NCBI GenBank assembly: GCA_951406725.2
Contig: OX597814.1
Location: 191,332,001-191,396,000 of the forward strand
DNA: 64,000 nt
DNA from: Octopus vulgaris
Lineage: Eukaryota
Direction of reading: 5' to 3'
This document shows, piece after piece, positions 54,197 through 64,000 of the stretch. Position 1 is the stretch's first letter, and every line of letters begins with the position of its first letter. The notes beneath the pieces were generated by a model, which saw only the letters and a list, made by a program, of their open reading frames with translations, was not told the DNA's origin and ran no database searches. The position numbers were made by a program, and so were the translations under genes.

Positions 54197-54600
54197 TACT
54201 CTTTTACTCTTTTACTTGTTTCAGTCATTTGACTGCGGCCATGCTGGAGCACCGCCTTTAGTCAAGCAAATCGACCCCAGGACTTATTCTTTGTAAGCCT
54301 AAATCTTATTCTATCGGTCTCTTTTGCCGACCCGCTAAGTTACAGGGACGTAAACACACCAGCATCGGTTGTCAAGCGATGTTGGGGGGACAAACACAGA
54401 CACACAAACACATATTCACACATACATACATATATATACATATATACGACGGGCTTCCTTCAGTTTCCGTCTACCAAATCCACTCACAAGGCTTTGGTCG
54501 GCCTGAGGCTGTAGCACAAGACACTTGCCCAAGGTGCCACACAGTGGGACTGAACCCGGAACCATGTAGTTGGCAAGCAAGCTACTTACCACACAGCCAC
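54197..54600 (-). mobile_element. SINE family A
   Basis: Match to family A. Confidence 0.88.
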
Positions 54601-54825
54601 TTTTTTTTGTTTTATAAAAGAAAAATAAATGTATACATACTTCAGGAAAAGAAAACAGTGTATTTTGACTTGTATAAGTATCTTTATAAATATAGATACA
54701 TCTTTCGGTGTTTTATTAAACTGCGATAACACTGAATAAATTGCAATAATACTGAATGAAAATATTTACACAGATTTTTCCTTTCCTGAAGTGTGTATAC
54801 ACTTTTTTGGGCGGATTCTTATACG

Positions 54826-54958
54826 TAGGAGTGGGTGAGTGGTAAGAAGTTTGCTTACCAGCCACATGGTTCCGGGGTTCAGTCCCACTGCGTTGCGCCT
54901 TGGGCCAACCAAAGTCTTGTGAGTGGATTTGGTAGACGGAAACTGAAAGAAGCCCGTC

Positions 54959-55009
<51 letters not shown>

Positions 55010-55268
55010 CATATATGTATGTGTATGTGTGTATATATATGTGTGAATGTATTTGTGTGTCTATGTTTGTCCCGCCACCGTCGTTTGACAACCGATGTTG
55101 GTGTATTTACGTCCTCGTAACTTAGTGGTTCGGCAAAAGAGATCGATAGAATAAGTACTCGGGTTACAAAGAATATGTCCTGGGGTCGGTCTGTTTGACT
55201 AAAGGTGGTGCTCCAGCATGGCCGCAGTCAAATGACTGAAACAAGTAGAAGAATAAGAGAATAAAAGT
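54826..55268 (+). mobile_element. SINE family A
   Basis: Match to family A, head-to-head with the previous copy. Confidence 0.85.
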
Positions 55269-55427
55269 ATACGACGGGTTTCCACACAGTTTCCGTCTAT
55301 CAAATTCACCCACAAGGAATTTGGTAACCCGGGTCTATATGTGTGTATAGAAAACTCTTAGCAAAGGTGCCACACAGTGACGCTGAACCCAAAATCACTT
55401 GGTTGCAAAGTGAACATACTTTTAGAA

Positions 55428-56292
55428 CAGTGTTTCTCAACCTTTTTAATATCCAGGTCAGATTCAAAGCCTAGATTTTTTGGAGGGCACCAAAAACAGC
55501 AAAACATGAGTCAAAGAATAATTTATTATATTTATAGAAGGAATTCCATCGGGAGCAGCCGGAAGGATGCTTATGGGCAGTGGTGGCTCGTAGATAAAAT
55601 TAATGGGGGTGCTGCTTCGGAAAATTTTGAGCCGTTGTTTTAATATTGAGCAAAAGGAAACAAACATTTAAAAAGAAAATTTATACATAAACTTGACTGG
55701 TGCGCGTTTTAGCCACTACTGGGTAGTGTGTTTAATTTGTTCACTGAAAACCGCCGTGAATTCTCCCTTGTCTTTCAAAAATCCCCCCTAAATCACAAAA
55801 TAAGTGGGGGGAGGGGAATTTGCCTTATTTTTCAAATCCTAGCTGCAACACTGTAGCTGGAAGCATGATAATAATCTAATTCTACACTTTATCATATTCA
55901 GGAATATAAACACGTTTTTAAGCTCAACACACGCAAAATGAAAAAGACACACTAACTTTCACCAGCACAGCTCTCTCTCCCTAGCATGAAGCTTCCTATC
56001 TCGGACATGTGAGCATGCGCACAACAGCCAGACACTGTGAAGCGCACAGTTCTATACAAGGATTTTCGTATTTTTTTCATAAACTAGGGGATGGCTATTG
56101 ACATTAAGCTTAAGGGCTATATAATGTACAAGTATAAAGAAAGAATTAAAGAAAAAAAGGACTCATTATATTGAATGTTATCGACAATTTCGAATAGAAA
56201 TAGGGGGTGCTGCAGTTCCGCAGTGCCTATACACGAGCCGCTACTGCTTAAGGGCTGCATGCGGCCCTAAGAGCCGCGGTTAACAACCGCTG
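55428..56292. mobile_element. hAT MITE with a second hAT-like element (55578-56246) nested inside
   Basis: Outer ends cagtgtttctcaacc / ggttaacaaccgctg with TSD ttttagaa/ctttagac. Inner ends cagtggtggctcgt / acgagccgctactg with TSD ctta(t/a)ggg. Confidence 0.75.
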
Positions 56293-56486
56293 CTTTAGAC
56301 GCATGAAACTGTGTCAATATATTATTTGTGCATATACCCGTGTATCTGTTATTTTGCGCTGTTTTTTTGTGGTAGTGTGATGGCTGGGGAATGGGAGAGA
56401 GATGCATTAGTTCATGTCAAAAAACACCGTATGTTGCACAGATATTAACCTAAAATCATTTTAATCTCCAGCATCAACCCTCATTA

Positions 56487-56528
<42 letters not shown>

Positions 56529-56737
56529 TTTTCTCTCTCTCTCTCTCCCTCTCGCTCGCTTGCTCTTGTGATGCTGTTTTTCTTATCAAAAATCACCTCA
56601 GATAAAACCGCCCACGCTTTGCACTGGGATAACAAACGCCTCTGTGAATTCTTCAAACCAGTCTTTTACAAAGGTCGAAACTAAATGAATCACCTAAGAT
56701 CCATTTTGCGGATTCCTTTTCTTATTTTCCTTTATAC

Positions 56738-56801
<64 letters not shown>

Positions 56802-56841
56802 CTTCCTTCTTTCCTTCCTTCCTTCCTTCCTTCCTTCCTTC

Positions 56842-56876
<35 letters not shown>

Positions 56877-57118
56877 TCATTCTTTCTTTCTTTCTTTATG
56901 TATGTATACACATAAACGCACACACATAAATGCGTACATATATACATATATAAATACATACATATACATGTATATATATACATAAATGCATAGACATACA
57001 TACATACATACATACATACATACATGCATACATACATATATATATATATATACGTATGCATAAATATATATGAGGATATATATATACATATATACGTATG
57101 CATAAATATATATGTGGG

Positions 57119-57200
<82 letters not shown>

Positions 57201-57688
57201 TTGTGTGTTTCGCTTTTTCTTACTCATTGGATATAATAAACACAGAAGTGTTTATTTGTCTTATAATACGGGATCTATTTACATTAGTCTTCAGTTCTTG
57301 GTCCATTTTTAGCTGTTTTGGGTGTGTTCCGTATCTTATGGAATAAAGTAGGTGGCTTGGGTAAATGAGATTCACCAAAAACAACCGGTGGCGGCGGGCG
57401 GGGTAAAAGAGCTTTCGTAGGCAATCAAACAACTTGGAGGGGGAAAAAGGTAAGTAGCCAGGTAAGTTAAACGAGAAAACATACGAGGGTAATTTTACAA
57501 GAATCTTGTTTATGGAACTACCTATTTACCTGTAGTTTGTAAAGCTCTTTGCAATTACACCCTTTGATCAGCTGTGATTAATATCATCTATACAGGTAGG
57601 AGTGGGCGGTGTCAAATTTTCTTTTTATGTTTGTTCGCTTTTTCTCTCTCTAGCGAACCGAAGAGAGTAAAATAGTAGAACAAATGTG

Positions 57689-57752
<64 letters not shown>

Positions 57753-57986
57753 TACACACACATACTTACATACGTACACATACACACACGACGCACGCAT
57801 AGACACACACATACATACATACATACATACATACATACATACATACATACATACATACATACATACATACATACGTACGTACGTACATACATACATACAC
57901 ACACAAACACATACACACGTACGACACACGCATACACACATACGTGCACACATACATACATACACACACACAAACATATACATACG

Positions 57987-58030
<44 letters not shown>

Positions 58031-58141
58031 TGTGTGTGTATGTGCACACATGTACTTATATATATATATATATATGGAAACGCACACTATGTATGAGGAT
58101 AGATAGACAGATAGATAAATAATGTGCAGCAAGATTGACAT

Positions 58142-58181
<40 letters not shown>

Positions 58182-58489
58182 ACTGAGAAATCTAGAGAAA
58201 TATAGAAGGGAACAAAATAAAGATTGTAACTCATCACCTGTACTGATTCACTTCCCTAACATTTCCCCCACTATCAACCGAGTTGAGAAATTTCTACATT
58301 TCCAAGGTTATCGTTAATAATACAACCACTCCGCAGACATTTTATCTCTGTGGCACAGATAAATGTGAATATCTGTAAAAATAAATCTCAGCTTCCGTAA
58401 TCGTTGCTCTAAAACCCGAATCTTAACGATAGACGTAACAAGTGGTGTCCTTGTTAAACTCAACTGGTGATATTTTAACAGTGCTACAA

Positions 58490-59830
58490 CGACGAACTGG
58501 GAGAACCTTTTGCATGCCGGGCAAAATGCTTAACAGAATTTCGCATGTCTTTAGATTCTGAGTTCAAATTCCGCCGAAGTCGACTTTGCCTTTCATTCTT
58601 TCGGTATCGATTAAATATCAGTTACGCACTGGGGTCGATATAATTGACTTAATCTCTTTGTCTGTCCTTGTTTGTCCTCGTTATGTTTAGCTCCTGTGGG
58701 CAATAAATAATTTTGTCTTTACATTCTGAGTTCAAATTCCGTCGAGGTCGACTTTGCCTTTCATTCTTTCGGGGCCGATAAAATAAGTACCAGTTGATGT
58801 AATCGATTTATTTCCTTACCCAAAATTACTGACCTTGTTCCAAAATTTAAAATTTAAAATCGATATTTCAACAGCGTTAGTATCAGAAAACTGCTCGTTA
58901 CACCGGGACTCATAAAGCGGCGATTTAACCCAGTTTCCGACTCTTCCCGCCACCGCTGAACGGAAGTCTGTTCCGCGGCAGGTTTCATGATCCAACGATG
59001 AGCAGTATGAAATGAAGTGTTTTCCGGTCCGGGAATCGAAACCACGATCTTACTATCATGACCGCAATGCCCCGCAACCTGTAGACCACGGGCCTTCTCA
59101 TCGAGAACCATTACCGATGGTCAACTGTGTTTAAAATCTTGAGAGATAGAAATCGATAAAAAAAAAATTGGCTCTCCGTAGGTTAAGACCACAAGGGTTG
59201 ATCCGATCAACAGAACAGCTTGTTCGTAAAATTAGCGTGAAAGTGGCTGAGTACTCCGCCGACACGCGTATCCTCAACGTAGTCCTCAGGGAAATTCAGC
59301 ATGACATAGAATATGACAAGGCAGGCCCCTTCGATTATTGGCACAACTCATTTTTGCCAGTTTTTGCCAGTTGTGTGGACTGGAGTAACGTGAAATAAAG
59401 TGTCTTGCTCAAGGACACAAGGAGCATCCGAGAATCGAAATCACGGCCATACGATCGTGAGTCGAATGCCGAAACCCCTAAGCCACGCGTCTTTACTAGA
59501 AATCAATAAACGGCTTCCTGAAACCATTTTAAAACCCAATCTTTTCCAGTCTACATCTGTTGTGAGATGATGGCTAATTGTTTTAGGTGCCTATGAAGTC
59601 ACCAGCAAACAAAGATACGCTCTCGACTCACCCATCCTTGACACGGCAGACCATCCAGGGTATGAGAACTGGAGGGAGCACCCGGCTGGTACTCATTGCA
59701 GCTGAGTAGACTGGAACAACGTGAAGTGATGTGCCTTACTCAAGGACACAACATATCACCCGGTCCACGAACTGAACCCTCGGCTTTATTATTATAAGCC
59801 GAGCACCCTAGCCACAAGACCACGCACCTT
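58490..59830. mobile_element. Cluster of decayed SINE B (+) and SINE C (-) copies
   Basis: Similarity to the family copies above. Confidence 0.7.
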
Positions 59831-60489
59831 ATGGTAGAAGCACAGAAACAAACAGCGTCATCACTTTGTAGGTCATCAACCAACCTTTTATTTACAATTA
59901 CTACCATCTTTCTCACTGTTCATTCCTCTGAGTTGCTCATCCACCCGCTTCTTGATCTTTCTAACCTTTTTTAGTCGTCTAACATCTTCACCGAAATCTT
60001 TTAACTTCAGTGATGAACCAGAAAAGGTAGAGATATAAACTAGAAAAAAATCTACTGAATTCCAATAGCTGGATTCTTTCCCAACAAATATGTGACTCCA
60101 CTTTGCAATAGAAACCACATACGGAATACACCGGCCAATAATAGAACCAACCAATTTGATATTACTAACTGAATCTCATAGTGCTTTGTCACTCTATAAC
60201 TCAATGCATTTAAAACTCAGAGATTGGCTCTTTGCTACATTCTGTCTTCGTTGGTGTTAAACTATAGCATAATGTCCCGGCAATCCTTAGAGTTCACAGT
60301 GTCCGTTAATACTGCGTTGTGGAAAACTTCGGTTATTTCTGTAGTGTCACCTATTGAGAGCACACACCAACTCAACAAACACGTTACTATATTATTGTTT
60401 ACAAAGCTGTCCGAATCCAGAGAATGCTATTCAAAATTTCCTGTTTCATCAACAGTCAGGTGCCTTGCTACAACCAGGGATCAGCTAGT

Positions 60490-60607
60490 GGAGGCGCGTG
60501 ACTTAGTGGTTAGGGTGTTGAACTCATGATCGTAAGGTTGTGGTTTCGATTCATGGACCGGACGATGCGTTGACAAACTGAAAGAAGCCCGTCGTATATA
60601 TGTATAT

Positions 60608-60656
<49 letters not shown>

Positions 60657-60813
60657 TCTCCCCAACATCGCTTGACAACTTAGCGGTTCGGCAAAATAGA
60701 CCGATAGAATAAGTACTAGGCTTACAAAGAATAAGTCCTGGGGTCGATTTGCTCGACTAAAGGCGGTGCTGCAGCATGGCCTCAGTCAAAATGGCTGAAA
60801 CAAGTAAAAGAGT
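60490..60813 (+). mobile_element. Chimeric SINE: family C head joined to family A body
   Basis: ggaggcgcgtgacttagtggttaggg head switches at ~60573 to aaactgaaagaagcccgtcg. Confidence 0.75.
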
Positions 60814-61315
60814 CTTATTTGTATCTTACAGTACACATTTCGACGCTTATAAAAAAAAACAAATATTAGTTTGTTTATATTGTTTATATTTATATACACG
60901 TAGTTATATATTTGTATACGTGTGTGTCGAGAGAGATGGGGAGAGCTGAGAAAGAACGAGCGCGCGCGCACACACACACAAACACATACATACAAACGTG
61001 TTTTTGTGTTGCGTTGTATTGTGTGTGTATGTGTGCGTGTGCAAAAACTTATACAACCAGGCAAGTAGCTACATAGTTTCAATGACTGATAAGCTGATGA
61101 ATATATAGATACACAGATAGATATACAGACACACAAACAGGCAGGCAGAAAGATAGATAATGTCGTTTGTACTTGTGCTACATACCTTAAGATGTAGTGA
61201 AAACCGTTAACCTCCGAACAACCACTTATCTCAGCATCTAATACCGAAAAAAACACTACGCCTAAATATTTAGGTTGGTTTTCAATTTGAACCCATGCCA
61301 AGCTAGGAAACTTAC

Positions 61316-61460
61316 CATGGATGAATGACAAACAATAGCTTTCTGCTCGAGTTGTTTTCTCTAATAACGAAAATAGCATTAGAAAACGGAACACCTCCTC
61401 CTCTTCCTCCTCCTCTTCCTCCTCTTCCTCCTCCTCTTCCTCCTCTTCCTCCTCTTCCTC
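61316..61460 (-). other. Candidate internal exon (145 nt)
   Basis: Acceptor ttcttttcag and donor CATG|gtaagt; open in two frames. Confidence 0.35.
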
Positions 61461-61549
61461 CTGAAAAGAATTGTACAAAATAGGCAGAGCTGGTTGAGCT
61501 GTTTTGGTAGCTAAAGTTCGATAACTGCTCTGCATTGCTACTCATTACA

Positions 61550-62570
61550 TAATAATAATAATAATGTAATTATTGTATACAGTGCTCAAGTGCACCACAA
61601 CTTGTCAAAAGTGTGTATAAAGCATATACAATAATGTACAAATGTCTGGGAAGTGAACAGTGTATGAGTTAGATACATGCTTGCGTGTGTATGGAGGGGA
61701 GAAAATCAGGTGTAGTGTTGGCGAATCTCAGGAAGCATGGAAGTTTTGAAGGATGCAGTGCTCCGACAACTAACAACTGATGCCGGCAGTTTGTTCCATA
61801 CTTCAGCAACTCTTAGCGTGAAAAAATGTTTCTGAAAGACATGGGAGCTGTGCTGTTTTCTGACTTTGTAAACATGTCCACGGGTGTTAGACAGATGGAG
61901 TTTGAAAAGGTGCTCAGAGTTATTGTTTGTAAGATGGCTAATAATTTTATGGGTGTCTGCCAAGTCAGCTGCCAGACGTCGGAGTTTCAATGTATCCATG
62001 CCCAGGGAAGTAAGGCGTTCAGAATATGGCAAATGCCTGATGGAGGGTATTCTCTTGGTTGCACGTCGCTGAACGGCTTCCAGACGATTAATATCCTGGG
62101 CAAGATAGGGGTTCCAGACCGGTGATGCAAATTCCAGGTGAGGTAATCCCATAGCTATATAAAGCTGCAGATAGATAGCCGGAGGGCGGCTCACAAAGGA
62201 CTTGGTGAGTGATGCCAAAACACCCTCAGCCTTCTTGGCAATTTTAGCAATGTGTCCAACGCAAATCGCTGTCGACAATAACACCCAGGTCACGTTCACA
62301 AGAAGACTTTTTGAGATTAGTGTTGTGGAGGGAGTAAGGGTTTTCCTCCCAAAATGCATGGTGGTAGATTTGTCCACAGCCAGCTTGATCCACTGCTGCA
62401 TTGTGTCTAGGTCTGCTTGCAATAGAGATCTATAGTGTACAGGATCTGACCTCTTTATTTCGAGGTACAGTTTGATGTCATCTGCATATTTCAGCACTGT
62501 GGCATTCTTTAAGTTGGCATCTATGTCATTAACATATACAACAAATAAAAGGGGGCCAAGAACAGATCCC
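61550..62570 (-). mobile_element. CR1-clade LINE, 5'-truncated (RT C-terminal half plus 3' UTR)
   Basis: QGSVLGPLLFVVYVND, KYADDIK, HLEFASPVWNPY, LEAVQRRATK, FFTLRVAEVWNKLP; (ATT)n tail. Confidence 0.92.
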
Positions 62571-62571
62571 T

Positions 62572-63020
62572 GTCTGTGGATCCTCTGTGAAACCGTATGG
62601 CATATTACCAGCCAATGTACGCCACAAGCCCAGAAGGAATATAAGAGACGCCACGACAATATAGCCAGGCTTGTCCATTGGACACTTTGCATCAAGTATG
62701 GACTTGACATAGCAAAAAATTGGTACGACTACAAACCTGAAGGCATCATCGAAAATAGAAATGCACTGAATCATAAAATCCTATGGGATTTTATGATTCA
62801 ATGCGACCATGAGATAGAGAATAGAAGGCCAGACATAGTCTTAATTGAGAAAGAAAACAAACTATGCTGGATCATAGATATAGCATGCCCAGCTGACAAC
62901 AGCGATAAGGAAGAAAGAAAAGTTGAGAGATATGACAGGTTAGCTTGGGAAGTTAAGTAGTTGTGGTCGAGGAAAAAGGTGGTAGTAGTACCAATAATTA
63001 TCGGAGCCCTGGAAACCGTG
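62572..63020 (+). mobile_element. R4/Dong-type LINE CCHC plus REL endonuclease fragment
   Basis: CETVWHITSQC...YKRRHDNIARLVHW...ILWDFMIQCDHEIENRRPDIVLIEK...IIDIACPAD...VVVVPIIIGAL. Confidence 0.88.
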
Positions 63021-64000
63021 AAACGTCGGACAAAATGCTTAGCGGCAATTCTTCTGGCTCTTTAAGTTCTGAGTTCAAATCCCGCCGATGTCAGCTTTGC
63101 CTTTCGTTCCTTCGGGGGTCGATGAAATAAAGTACCAGTCAACTACTGGCGTAGATGTTCACTCCCCTTAAAATTACTGACGTCTCATTCAGAGGAAATG
63201 TGATCTTGGTCGCTTACATGCCATGAAGACCGGATGAATAGGATTCAATCTAGAGCTCAAGGAAGAAGAAGAAAAAAAAAGCACAGTAAGATATCTTGGA
63301 AGCTTGCAGATACGGAAAATATTAGATATATAAACGATTGGCGGCATTAAATTACAGAGCGGAGAAGAAGCATGACAAATGTTAAACAAACACATAAGAA
63401 TCAAGCATTTGTAGAATATTGTTCCTTACTGTTGACCTTAAAAAGAAGGTTGCATCTATATATGCAAGTAAAAGAAATTCCAGCTAAAGCTTGCTCTTCT
63501 TTTTATAGACAAGATACTATTTCACCTTCAGCATCAATGAATTCATTTATCAGTTTCAAGATAAACGCCTCGTTTTCGGTTGGTTATTTCTAATCACCTT
63601 CGCAATATAACGACTACTTCTATGATTCACAGACACCATCTGTGTGAAAAATAATAGTTAAATTAAGGTTAACTTAAACTATTACTTTTTATGGCTTGGT
63701 CTGATTAAATTATTACACGTTTATCAAAACTGTATCTAGCTTTTTTAAATAGTTAATTACGGGAACACATTTTTAAGCAACGATATCAGTAGGAGAAACT
63801 CCAACAATAAGTTCTTTAAGATAGGAAAAGAACTCTAACAAAAACCAGAGCCAGACAGACTTCTGTTCCATTCTCTCTCGAGAATAAGAGATAAGAGCTG
63901 GCGACATAACTGACCCTTCTGTTACATTCTGATGCTGTCTGCAGCGGCATTATCGCCATTATTTACACAGGGGCGGTGACAGGGTTTGGTGGTGGTGGTG

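Noticed and set aside
59888-60529. 88-aa and 101-aa ORFs in unique DNA
   Set aside because: No recognisable domain or convincing splice context.
61706-62710. 334-aa ORF as an intact reverse transcriptase gene
   Set aside because: Chimera of antisense R4-type sequence and a 5'-truncated CR1. It lacks the endonuclease and N-terminal RT, and has an internal off-frame stretch.

Overview
AT-rich, microsatellite-dense eukaryotic DNA. The SINE families and repeat content look like an octopus (coleoid cephalopod) genome; this is an inference from recognised repeats. No intact host protein-coding gene can be supported, and nearly all ORFs in the track are microsatellite or SINE read-throughs. The window is a nested transposon graveyard. 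It holds three tRNA-type SINE families, one forming TSD-flanked dimers and trimers, and eight GGATCTTT-terminated MITEs with 8-bp TSDs and internal TTAGGG repeats. It also has two non-autonomous Helitrons, Tc1/mariner/maT and hAT relics, a Ty3/Gypsy gag relic and a solo LTR. Non-LTR remains include CR1, RTE and restriction-like-endonuclease (R4/Dong-type) LINE fragments, a ~550-bp (TAA)n-associated element, and Penelope-like ends carrying minimal hammerhead-ribozyme motifs. There is one decayed tRNA-Gln(TTG). A few isolated splice-flanked segments may be exons of a long-intron host gene. No new biological system is demonstrated. The best leads are the hammerhead motifs, the (TAA)n-targeted element with its candidate partner LINE, the SINE multimers and the MITE family.
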